In this document: piece by piece, positions 11,655 to 22,545 of the stretch
Layout: each line of letters starts with the position of its first letter
How positions within the stretch are numbered: the first letter of the stretch is position 1
Assembly: GCF_001194135.2 (NCBI RefSeq)
Contig: NC_068987.1
Span: 55,525,196-55,566,968, forward strand
Direction: 5' to 3'
DNA: 41,773 nucleotides
DNA from: Octopus bimaculoides
Lineage: Eukaryota
The notes under the pieces: generated by a model
What the model was told of the DNA's origin: nothing
Databases searched by the model: none
Seen by the model: only the letters and a program-made list of their open reading frames with translations
Translations under genes and position numbers: made by a program

Positions 11655-11958
11655 TTACTTACTTTTTAACTTGAGATTCTCATTAAAATCTTCTAGAAGG
11701 GTCCGCGCAGCAACTGTCCCACTTGAAAAAGCACTTTCATTTCGACCCAAGAACTTTTTCTCCAATTTCTTACCACGGTTATCAAATCCGTTAGCTTTTA
11801 ATAGAAAATAAAACAAAAGACATGTATCAATTTGTGTTGCAAGATTCCTGAAAACAAAAGACATTGTAGATCAATAACTGTGTTTTGATGTACACGCTAT
11901 TTGTTTCACCAGTATATCATCACATCAGCAAGTTTTTAAATATTTTTATAAATTCGTT

Positions 11959-11962
<4 letters not shown>

Positions 11963-12048
<86 letters not shown>
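11963..12048. repeat. (GA)n microsatellite
   Basis: Pure AG run. Confidence 0.98.
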
Positions 12049-12051
<3 letters not shown>

Positions 12052-12096
12052 GGGAGATTAAGTTTTCTAATGTTCTAAGCTTATTTAAATCTTCAA

Positions 12097-12678
12097 AAGC
12101 GGCGAGCTAGTTGAACCGTTAAAACATCCGAAAAAATTCTTTGTGACATTTATCCCGGCTCTTTACATTCTGATTTCAAATCCCGCTGAGGCCAGCTTTC
12201 TTCTTTCGTCCTTCTGAGGATCGATAAAATAAAGTATCAGTGAAGTGCTGGAGTAAATGTGTCGACGGATCTTTTCCTTTTGGCCGGCACATAGAAAAAA
12301 TAATTTTTTGTAACTAAACACTTTCAAATTTCGTATACTGGTAGAATGTGTCATTTAAAACATCTTTTACTCTTGGCATTTCTCAATTTTTACCACAGCA
12401 GTAATTGTTTTCACCTCAATAGACGTCATTGATTGGTTGAAATTACCGAAATACGACAACTTTAACACGAAATAACTTCGAAAATAAAGAATTTTCTGAA
12501 AAACGCCAAGAGTAAATGATGTTTTAAATGACACATTCTACCAGTATACGAAATTTGAAAGTGTTTAGTTATAAAAAAATATTTTTTCTATGTGCCGGCC
12601 AAAAGGAAAAGATCCGTGTCAACTTAACGACAGCCCTCAAAATTGCTGGCATTGTACTTAAATTAGAAACCATTATTT
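12097..12678 (+). mobile_element. SINE family A copy split by a MITE (12097-12263 and 12619-12678)
   Basis: The head and body stop at ...aaatgtgtc and resume with aacttaacg...aaaattgctggc..attagaaaccattatt after the insertion. Confidence 0.8.
12264..12618. mobile_element. 355-bp MITE with 114-bp TIRs (CMC/Chapaev-like termini)
   Basis: 12264-12377 against the reverse complement of 12505-12618: 110/114 identical. The right end reads CACGG inward. Apparent 2-bp TC duplication. Confidence 0.9.
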
Positions 12679-13370
12679 AGATCCAATGACATTTCCAGAA
12701 GGATTTAGTGCCAAGGGAGAACTATGTTTTAGTTGAATGTTTGAACTCTAATACTACATAACATATGAGATTCAGTTAGTAAATACAAATAGTTATACAT
12801 TGTACAGTTGCGTACCCTTGTTCTTTTTTCCTAAGAAAGATGTCACGTGCAATACTAGAATCATCTCGAATGAACAAAATATAAGGTCATTGAAGAATAG
12901 TATAGTTACAACACAATTTTTGCAAATACTCTTGAGGTCAACTTTCAGCGAGTCGAATCCACTATCCCGTTTCAATTCCAGGCCAACCAATTTTCTCAAT
13001 TTTTAGCAAGATCTCCACAGTCCATCTCTCAGCGAGTAGAATCCGCAACCTGGTTTCAATTCCAACCTGAGCCATTTCACTTCATTTCAATGCTTATTCT
13101 CTTAAAAGAATCATAAATGCTTAATGTCCTTAAAATACACCGCATTAATGTTAATTTAAAGAAATCTTTAGTGAAAGTTACTGATTTTTAAACTAAGTAC
13201 TTTTGAAATGAAATGGTTGAGTGGATAATGATTTGAACGCCTGGTTGATAGATTGTAACGTTGAATGTGAACAGGAAGCAATAGGTTATCGTCTTGTCTC
13301 GTAGAACGTGAAGAATATTAACCTCTCATTCAGGATTCAGCAACGGATTAGTGATTTAAAGAATCAACAA

Positions 13371-13535
13371 GGCAGGAGTGGGTATGTAGTTGGAAAACAA
13401 GCAAGCTTCTCAATCATGAAGTCTTGGGTTCAGTCTCACTGCGTGGCACCTTGGGCAAGTGTCTTCTTTTACAGTTTCGGTCCGTCCAAAGCCTTGTGAG
13501 TGGATTGGGTAGACGAAAACGAAAAGAAATCCGGT
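13371..13535 (+). mobile_element. tRNA-head SINE family B copy
   Basis: B-box-like gggttcagtc followed by actgcgtggcaccttgggcaagtgtcttc, a CORE-like ccttgggcaag motif. Homologous to 21838-21978. Confidence 0.8.
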
Positions 13536-14142
13536 GTTTGTTTATGTCCAGAAACTGATAGAATAAGTACCAGGTTAAAGAAAAAGTTTATTGAGGCAGC
13601 AGAGATTATGTTGTATTTGTATTTCCTCTAATGGTATAAATTACGTGCATGAAATGAAGCATTACTTATAGTATACAGATACAAGACTGCAAATACGAAA
13701 AGTATAAGGCTGAGTTGCCTTTATATTTTAGCACGAATACCGGCTGAGATTGAGCGTGTCCCTATTCTTTCACTCTAGTATGATAAAATAAGTACCTGGT
13801 GTCTGTTGGGGTTTATTCAATTATGTCAAAACTATATACATTTTTACGATCTTGCGACAAGGTAATATAATGTACGGAGTAATACAAGTTATGTCTGTTG
13901 GTACAATGAATAGACTTATCGTAGAGCCACTGAGTTAAAATGGGGTACAGTGTAATTTAAATATGTCTATTACGCAACAGAAGATATAGAGTAATGTAGA
14001 ATATATCTCACTGTACAATAGATGGACGTGCTGTGAAACAGTTAAGGTATAGAGTGATATAGGATATGTCTATATCCTATATTACTATATTGAGTAATAT
14101 GGGATATGTCTATTGGTGCAATAGAAAAAAACAAAAACTTAC

Positions 14143-14226
14143 CGTAGAGCCACCAGCCTGTGGGTGGGCCGGTTGATTGTTGTCTGAATGGACCTGTTCG
14201 CTTCATTGTTTTAATTCCGAGTGGCT
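14143..14226 (-). CDS. Candidate 84-nt internal exon (E)PLGIKTMKRTGPFRQQSTGPPTGWWLY(G), product unknown
   Basis: Strong acceptor tttcctttccgtttgtttcag and donor ACG|gtaagttt. Length is a multiple of 3, only one frame is open (phase 1-1), and GC is about 52% against an AT-rich background. Confidence 0.55.
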
Positions 14227-14284
14227 CTGAAACAAACGGAAAGGAAATGACACGCTTAAAAAAGTAATCAATATTTTTAATAAA

Positions 14285-14470
14285 AAAAGTAAGACGAGCG
14301 ATCTGACACAATCGTTATCGCGCCGGGGAAAATGCTTAGTGCAGCACTTCATCCATCTTTGCGTTCTGCGAGGTTGATAATTTAAGTACCAGTTGAGCAC
14401 TGGGGCCAATGTAATCGACTTATGTCCTACCCCGAAATTTCTGGCCTAGTGCCCAAATCTGAAGCCAATA
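14285..14470 (+). mobile_element. SINE family A copy (internally deleted)
   Basis: Head aatcgtta.cgcgccggg.aaatgcttag and tail aagtaccagttgagcactgggg..aatgtaatcgac. Confidence 0.75.
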
Positions 14471-14537
14471 ATTTTTGTGAACCGGTGTATAGTGGTATTA
14501 AGTTCCTGATGAACCATACATAGATAAATAGATAGAT

Positions 14538-14579
<42 letters not shown>

Positions 14580-15106
14580 GCAGAGGCACCCGGCGTTGCC
14601 CAAGAATGAAATTGCTCCTTACATATTGGAAGAAAAAAGCAAAATATGTTGTATAGAAATTTGTTATTCTAAATTCAATTTATTCTTTAATCGGAATACA
14701 GTTTATTATCTAATTGGGAAATCAATTCTGAATTCATAATACAAAATAATAATAATAATAATAAAAAACGAAAATACAAAATTTACCATTTTTTATGAAG
14801 GGAGATAAAGGTGTTCAAGACATGACCATCCCATCTGTGTCTTACACAGTGTATCTAGAACTAATTTATCTAACGTATTCTCTGCTCCTTTACACTCTGA
14901 ACTCAAATCCTGCCGAGATCAGTTTTACTTCTTATCCTTTCAGTATCGATAAAATAAAGCACCAATCAATTACTGCCAGAATATAACATGATAGTAGAAT
15001 GTAATTTGAGGAAGATCTGGCTGGTATTTTTTCTAGCAAGTCAACCAACCGTATTGACGCTTCCTCGTTGGTTGATTTCACCATATTCTGTTAAAAAGTA
15101 AACTGT

Positions 15107-15571
15107 ATCTACCAGCCGTCAAATGACGGTGGATGAATAAAAAGTTATGTTCTTAACTAGGCACACTATAAAGCAATCTCCTGATATAATAATGAGCGTA
15201 GCGTTTTTATATATTTGTATATATGTATGTATATATATATATGTCCAGAATCACGCTGGACGCGGAGGAGGAGAGAAAATAGTAATTCAGTGAAGGAGAA
15301 GTAGTGAGAATAATAGCCCAGACTGAGAGGGAGTGAGAGAAAGTAATAGCAATGAGAGAAAGGAAGGGGTGATAGATGAATAAGGAAAGAAAGAGTGAAA
15401 AAAATCAGCGTTTCAACTCTGTGTGAGTATATGTATGTATGTGTGTGCATGTACAAAGGAACTATGTGAATGTTTGTATGTGTGATTATTATGCACCTTA
15501 TTTTGTACCTTATCTATATATATAAAATACTACAATTAACCGTCATTATTGACAGCACGTGGTCAGTTAGT
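15107..15571 (+). mobile_element. Helentron/HINE-like non-autonomous element (copy B)
   Basis: Left palindrome CCGTCA-AA-TGACGG (15116-15129) and an inverted degenerate copy at 15540-15555. Internal microsatellite and GA-rich tract, 3' ggtcagttagt. Shares its 3' ~170 bp with 85-259. Confidence 0.45.
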
Positions 15572-15889
15572 AGAACATAAATCGTCGATCTTTTGGTTTG
15601 AAGTATGATATTCTGTAAATTCAACTAGCCGTATTTCTAATGCCTGTGTATTTATTTTGAAGATGCATATTACTTTCTATCTTAAAATAAAGAAGAGTCA
15701 TTGTGATGTAAATGAATTCAGCAAAGCTATTAACGGCGTAAATGTAGGGACCTGGTGTTGCAAACTGAAATCAAAACGGCAAAAAGGTATCGATTCACAA
15801 GGAACGTGTCATTTTATGGTGATAACCATCCATTGTTATTGATGATACTAGCACAACAAAAACAGTAAAAAAAGCGAAGGATAACATGA

Positions 15890-15941
<52 letters not shown>

Positions 15942-16001
15942 AAGTGAGAGAGAGGTGGGAAAGAAAGAGGTGAGAGAGAGAATGAGATTTTCTTGCACAT
16001 A

Positions 16002-16218
16002 CGAGGGGGTGCTAAAAAATTCCAGGCTTTAAGGGTGTCACGAAAGGCCAGGTTGGAGGCCTAAACTTACGAGTTATATTACAGGGCTTAGAAAAATTGT
16101 AGGACCGCTGCGATAAGTATGTGAATCTGAAAGGGAAATATGTTGAATAAAATCATTATTAACTGATCCTCCTGTATTTTATATTACCAAAAGCCAGGAA
16201 CTTTTCAGCAACCCCTCG
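16002..16218 (+). mobile_element. 217-bp mariner-derived MITE
   Basis: About 29-bp TIRs (cgaggg..tgct.aaaa.ttcc.ggcttt) flanked by TA on both sides. The interior encodes GLEKL*DRCDKYVNLKGKYVE*, the mariner transposase C-terminus. Confidence 0.9.
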
Positions 16219-16399
16219 TATAAAGCATACACACATACACAAGCCGCATTCTATAACTGAAATCACAAGGAACATTTTTGCTCAGTATTACCATATTCTG
16301 ATGCATACTACATAAACCATGTTATCTAATTACAGGAAATGCAAAATTGAATATAAACTATAACATGGAGTCGTTCATACAGAAAATAATAACTTACTT

Positions 16400-16667
16400 T
16401 GTTGTGTTTGGGGAGAGTCATTCTCTTTTGGTGTCTCATAATTTAACACACTCACCGGTAAAATTTCCACTCATTTCCTTCTTTATTTTTCTAAAATTTT
16501 CGTTGCGTCTTGCAACCTTTTCAATAGTTTTGAGAGTCAAAACTTGAAAAGGTTGCAAGACGCAACGAAAATTCTTAGAAAACTGAAAAAAGAAATGTAG
16601 AAATTTTACCGGTGTGTGTATTAAATTATAAGGCACCAAAAGAGAATGACTCTCCCCAAACACAACA
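16400..16667. mobile_element. 268-bp near-perfect palindrome (foldback/MITE-like)
   Basis: Arms 16400-16533 and 16537-16667 around a 3-nt loop. The outer 34 bp and an inner 30-bp block are identical, with some indels between them. Confidence 0.85.
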
Positions 16668-18129
16668 GAATATGTTTCAACACACGAACTCACATAAAGA
16701 ATCTTGCAAACCAAATCCCAAAACGAAACAACTTACTTNNNNNNNNNNNNNNNNNNNNNNNNNNNNNNNNNNNNNNNNNNNNNNNNNNNNNNNNNNNNNN
16801 NNNNNNNNNNNNNNNNNNNNNNNNNNNNNNNNNNNNNNNNNNNNNNNNNNNNNNNNNNNNNNNNNNNNNNNNNNNNNNNNNNNNNNNNNNNNNNNNNNNN
16901 NNNNNNNNNNNNNNNNNNNNNNNNNNNNNNNNNNNNNNNNNNNNNNNNNNNNNNNNNNNNNNNNNNNNNNNNNNNNNNNGAGTTTGAAAATTAGAAATTA
17001 TAAACGAAGCAATTAGACATAGATATTCATAGGTAGTCTAGAATCTACAACTGAAAACATAATTTCTTCTTCACATTCTTGCATTTTGATGCGCAATTTA
17101 CATGGACTTAACTTGAAAAATGTATAAAAATAAACAACTAACAAACTAACCTTCGGATCTTATGTTAATAAGGTTACCATTAGATGCCAGTCGGCCACCC
17201 AGCGATTGCTCATTGTTATCACAAATCTTCCATGACTTCAGCGCAGGTCTTTTCTTAGGGTCATAAATGTCCTTTATTGGTAGCCAACGCCAAAATTTCA
17301 GCAAGTTATTTGCTTTTAGTTGGTTTTGTTTAATAAAAATTTATTCAGTATAAATTTCGGTATACACAACTAAAGCAACAACATAGCATCATCATCAAAA
17401 GAAACAACTATAAAGAATTTATATACTTTTGTCAAATACACAGATGATAATTTGTTAATCTAGGCGAAATCACTTTGGAAATATCATAGTCTGTCAGATA
17501 ATATATCATTAGTTTATATTTGTTCCGATTGTATACACAGTACTTACCTCCTTGTATCTTTGTTTAAATAATTGAGAGAAATAGATATAAGTTTGATCTA
17601 TCCACTGACGATGCATCTCTCTTTTGTTTTACTTTTACAAATCCTCAGCTGACCATCAGTTTTAAGAGATTTTATAGTACATAGAGAGACATTTATTAGA
17701 ATAATTTACCATCTATCAACATAATTTTATCTAAGTTCGTTAAGTTAGTCTTTACATAAGACATAAAAGATTCATCAAGATTAAAGAACTTACCTCTTAT
17801 ACGGATTTTCAATGCCTGGTGTTGAAAGATAGACAAAAAGAAATACAATAGTTTAAGTGATTCATAAAAGAAAGGAACAAAGAAAGAAAGAAAAAAGAAA
17901 CTAAAAGAAAGAAACAAAAAACAAACAAAGGCTTCAATACTTTTCTTTTGATCACAGCAATTGTATTGTTATTTCAGAAGTGGAAGTAATTACTGTGTTA
18001 TATAGGCGTTTAACGCAAAAGTAACGATAGGCTAACCTAAGGCGACTGAAAGTTAGTAGCATGCTTTCAATTCTCGGCTGCAACTAATTCACCTAATTTA
18101 CACTGCTAAAGCAAATTAGGCATGACTCT

Positions 18130-18430
18130 GGCTCTGATTTTCCGTCGGTTACGACGAGTGTTCAAGTTGATACGATCAACAGAAAAACCTGCTTGTAAAA
18201 TTAACACGCAGTTGGACTGAATACCCCACAGACACGCATATCCTTAACGTAATTCTTAGGGAGATTCGGCACGACAAAGAGTATGACATGGTTGGCCCTT
18301 TGAATTACAAGTACAATTCATTCTGGCCTGCTGAGTAGACTGGAGCAATGTGAAATAAAGTATTTTGCTCAAGGAAACGAATTCACAACCTTACGATCGT
18401 GTACTGGATAATCTAACCATGAAGCCATGT
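18130..18430 (-). mobile_element. tRNA-head SINE (family D)
   Basis: Minus strand: catggcttcatggttag (A-box-like), gtgaattcg, then ccttgagcaaaatactttatttcacattgctccagtc, resembling a conserved SINE central domain. Confidence 0.65.
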
Positions 18431-18665
18431 TTTTCTGGTGGTGGGGGCTAGATGATTACATTAAACCTAATGTTCAACTGTTACAGATTTTATTGACACC
18501 AAAAGGATGAAAGGCAAAGTCGACCTCGGTAGAATTTGAACTCAGAACATAAAACCGGAAGAAATGCCCCTAAGTATTTTGTCCGGTGTACAAATGATTC
18601 TGTCAGCTCGCCGCTCTTTTAACTACTTTTTCTGCTCAAGGCACAAGGCTTGAAATTTTCGCCGT
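18420..18665 (-). mobile_element. SINE family A, older copy plus a tail fragment
   Basis: aaaggatgaaaggcaaagtcgacctcgg.agaatttgaactcagaac core. Adjacent to the young copy at 18682. Confidence 0.8.
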
Positions 18666-18681
18666 CATTTTTTTTAACTGC

Positions 18682-18903
18682 AATAATAATCCTTTCTACT
18701 ATAGGCATAAAACCTGAAATTTTTGGGGAGGGGACTTGTCGATTATATCGACCCCAGCGTTTCACTGGTGCTTAATTTATCGACCCCGAAATGATGAAAG
18801 GCAAAGTCGACCTCGGCGGAATTTGAACTCAGAACGTAAAGACAGACGAAATACCGCTAAGCATTTCGCCCGCCTTGCTAACGATTCTGCCAGCTCGCCG
18901 CCT
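18682..18903 (-). mobile_element. Full-length, near-consensus SINE family A copy (~220 bp)
   Basis: Minus strand aggcggcgagctggcagaatcgttagc...gagttcaaattccgccgaggtcgactttgcctttcatc...atagtagaaaggattatt, with pol III A- and B-box-like motifs. Confidence 0.9.
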
Positions 18904-18924
18904 TTTTAACAACATTAATAATGT

Positions 18925-19140
18925 CAATGAGGAAACCTCTGTGTCGTCGCTCAATTTGCTTGAAACATCAGTCAGGTCTTCCTCAAACTGTTCCCTAATA
19001 TCTTAAAAAAATAAATCAAAGGGTGTATTTATAATGTAGTTCTAGATTCACTAGAACAAATCGAATGGTCACGGCTGGAAAACGTTTGATTTTAAAGTCT
19101 CTTCCATCAGATCCGACTTAGGGTTACACAACAACAACAG
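18925..19140 (+). mobile_element. SINE family C-like repeat
   Basis: Homologous to 6790-7000; ends in an (AAC)n tail. Confidence 0.55.
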
Positions 19141-20115
19141 CTACATTATTACTAATGCCTTTGTGAGAGTCGTGATAATCATACTGATTTCATAATTCTT
19201 CTTCTATAAATTACAGACCTCACGTCGCTGTAAAGAAAGGAATTCTGTTTTTGAAAGCTAGGAAGTCAAAAATGTTCATGTCCTGCGTACTGATTGCTTT
19301 ATTTCACATATCACAACCAGATGGGCTTTTGAATTTAAAAAATTCACAAAAATAATGAATAAACAAAAATCAAAGCAGAATATTTTATTTTGACAACATT
19401 TTAGAGTCGTTTTGAAACGATACTTCAGCAGCCATATTAATTGTATCTTCCGTGTAGAAAAAATGATTATGTAAAGAGATGTAAAATACTTGTAAACTTC
19501 ATAAGAGATTACTAAAATATCAGTTTAAAACTACTGCTAATTTTATTTTCATTTTTTTGGTCATAGAAACACGTAGAGCTAACATCACAGCACAGCTAGG
19601 CTGTGAATAACTTTCATTTTTATTAAAAGAAAATGTTTGTTCTGCAAAAAGCAAAAAAAGACATAAAATAACCCAACTTAATAGCAAATAGAAACACTGT
19701 ATAATACCATATTTGATTATTGTCGAAAAATGCAAACATCATTCTCCAAATACAGATATAGTAGAGTATCAAAAATGTAATACAACGAGTTGAAAAAATT
19801 TCAGTTAACTGAGATTATCTGTGCAATTAGAACATAGAAATTTCCTATTAGAATTGTTTATAAAATTATAAAAAGCTAACAGCAAAAAAACAAAAAACAA
19901 AAACAAAAGACAAGCAAATGAAACAACTCTAAGATCACGCTAGCAAAACTTTACCAAAATAACAATGATGCAGATGAGAGTGAAGGTTGTCTTTAAAACT
20001 ATCAACATATTCTGGCCTACTGCACCTTCCCAGCAAAGCATATTTTACTCAGTTTGGCAAAGTTATATATATATGTATATGTGTCTTGTATATATATATT
20101 TATATATGTATGTAT

Positions 20116-20152
<37 letters not shown>

Positions 20153-20987
20153 TGTATGTATGTATAATGTATGTGTTTGAGAGTGTATGTATGCATGCGT
20201 ATGCATATACATGTGTGTATATGTACTTTTTTTCTCCTTGCTTCTCTCCTTATTTTTTTTCTCCTTTTTTTCTCCTTTTTTTCCTCCCTATTTTTTTTCT
20301 CCTTGCTTCTCTCCTTATTTCTTTCAGTGTTCCTTTCAGTTGAAAAGCGTAGCTCGAAACGTCAAAGACTTTCTCTATTCCCGAGCGTTAAACTAATACA
20401 TCCATTTGTTGTTTACACCACCTGTCTTCATCTGTTGTTTTTTTCGTAAATTCTCCCATATATATATATATGCGTCTATATGTATATATGTGTGTGTGTG
20501 TGTCTGTATATGTGTTTACACAAACGCACACACATATATATGTACATGTACATGTATATATATATATATGTGGCATGTATAAAGATAAAGTAGTGTCACT
20601 GTTTATGAATATCAAAGTAAACTATATGAATAATTGAAGAAAATTTCTTCAAGAAATCATCCAATATACTGAAGACATACAGTAAGATCTTACATATGTA
20701 AAATATAATGAAATGAGAAACTTCGATTAGGTAATGTCATCCATACATTTAGTAGACAAAATTTCACTCTTAGAGAGGGGACTAAAATTTAACCTGATTT
20801 TTTTTTAGAGAATTAAAATAGTGCAGAAGTGGGTGAATCTTGTTTTGAAAGTCAGCTAATGGAAGCTACAGTTTTGTTTTGATTTAATTAGCACTCCTCA
20901 GTGATTCATGTTCTTCTCGGCAAGCCTTAGAAGTGATCAGTGTATGTATAGAGGAGTAGAAAGAATGTAAACGCGCTGGTACTGAAA

Positions 20988-21205
20988 ATCCGTTTCAAAT
21001 TTTGGCACGAAGCTAGCAAGTTCTCGTGGGGATGTAAATCGATTACATTGACCCAAGTGCTCAACTTGTACTTATTTTATCAACCTCGAAGGGACGAAAG
21101 GTAATGTCGTCCTCGGCGGAATTTGAACTCAGAACGTTAGGACAGATGAAATGCCGCTAAGCATTTTGCCCGGCGTGCTAACGATTCTGCCTCCTCGCCA
21201 CCTTA
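20988..21205 (-). mobile_element. SINE family A full-length copy
   Basis: Colinear with 18682-18903. Confidence 0.88.
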
Positions 21206-21299
21206 ACTGATTATGAATATCAACACAAAATTTCACTGTGGGCGAACACTTCATAACAATAAGCAAACTGAAAAACAGCAGAGTGTCAAGGACACTAAA

Positions 21300-21790
21300 A
21301 GGAAAGGAGGATAATGAGTTTTGTTTCTCGGTGTTCAGATCTGTGCAACATCTGTCCTCCTAATACCATTGTATTTTTAATACAATCTCTTATCCCTTTA
21401 TCTTTGTTGGCACATGTAATATAGTGAGTTGAAAAAACTTCGTTTATCTGAGGTAATCCACAGAAAACCCCTTCTATGAATGTTTCGAATCTAAAAAGAC
21501 ATCAAGCAACTTAAATAACAATAGCAATAATAACAGTGATAAGAAGAAAAGGAAATAATGAGCTTTGTTTCTTGCTGTTCAGATCTATATTACTACATTA
21601 TTCTGTCATGATACCGTTCTATTTTTCATATAGTCTCTCATTTCTTTTTCATATTTAATAGCAACTCATACATGCAAGGTGAAAAACTTCCATTATCTGA
21701 GATAATCCGAGGAAAAGCCTCTTCTAGGAATGTTTCTAATCTAAAAAAACAAAACAAAAAAAACAAGCAAACAAAGAACAAGGGAAATAA
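21300..21790. repeat. Diverged tandem duplication, unit about 245 bp
   Basis: ataatgag.tttgtttct.g.tgttcagatct at 21311 and 21555; aaaaactt...ttatctgag.taatcc...gaatgtttc.aatctaaaaa at about 21432 and 21682. Confidence 0.75.
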
Positions 21791-21837
21791 CTCCAATAAG
21801 GTCGCATTAAAATGGTCGGGCAACAAGGACAGTACAG

Positions 21838-21978
21838 TTCGAAGTGGATCTGTGGTAAGAAAATTGCTTTTCAATCACGTTTCCGGGTTCAGTCCCACTG
21901 CGTGGCACCTTGGGTAGGCGTCTACTGTAGCTCCGGGCCGACCAAAGCCTTGTAAGTGGATTAGGAAGATGGAAAGAG
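21838..21978 (+). mobile_element. SINE family B copy
   Basis: gggttcagtcccactgcgtggcaccttggg...gggccgaccaaagccttgtaagtggatt. Confidence 0.85.
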
Positions 21979-22099
21979 AACATAGCTGAACAAATATTAC
22001 AAGTTATTTTGTCCGATGCGCTAAGGATTCTACCAGTCAACTGCTCTGTGAAATTTGGAGGATGAGGTTAGCCGAATAAGGAGACCATATCTAGACTGA

Positions 22100-22545
22100 T
22101 TCTTTAATTTAACGACCTTAAAAAATGAAAGGCAAATTTGACCTCGGTTAGGTTTTGAATTGGAAGGTAAAGAGTCGAAAGAAATATTGGTTTCAAATTT
22201 TGGTACACGGCCAGTAATTTCTGAGGCGGGAGTAAGTCAAATGGTACTTATCTTATCAATCCCGAAAGAATGAAGGGCAAAGTCAACCTTGGCAAAATTT
22301 GAACTCAGAGCATAGAGACAGACGAAATGCCGCTAAGCATTTTGCTCGGTGTGCTAACGATTCTGCCTGCTCAGCGTCCTGTACTGATTCCTAATACTGA
22401 TTTCAAATTTTGGTATAAAGCTTGTAGTTTCTGGGGTGGAAGTAAGTCGATTACATCGACTCCACTGTTCAACTAGCACTAAAGACGGACGAAATGCCGC
22501 ATGTTTCTCGGTATGCTAACAATTCTGCCGGTCCACCGCCTAAGA
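22100..22545 (-). mobile_element. Three tandem SINE family A copies or fragments
   Basis: The family A core and the ttggtttcaaattttggta tail recur at about 22190 and 22400. Confidence 0.8.

Noticed and set aside
12940-13080. Two ~55-bp direct repeats 82 bp apart with a gtttcaattcc motif
   Set aside because: Only two diverged units; they look like eroded SINE heads.
14581-14815. Helitron-like start (cccggcgttgccc); a similar motif lies at about 30305-30335
   Set aside because: Only a short terminal motif, with no matching second end or second copy in the window.
18840-18903. tRNA genes
   Set aside because: The A- and B-box-like motifs continue into SINE bodies and tails, and no cloverleaf could be drawn.
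20340-20363. Hammerhead-like TTGAAAAG-CGTAGCT-CGAAAC-GTC
   Set aside because: C3 and G8 are substituted and stem I cannot be formed adjacent to the core. Probably the end of a common repeat.
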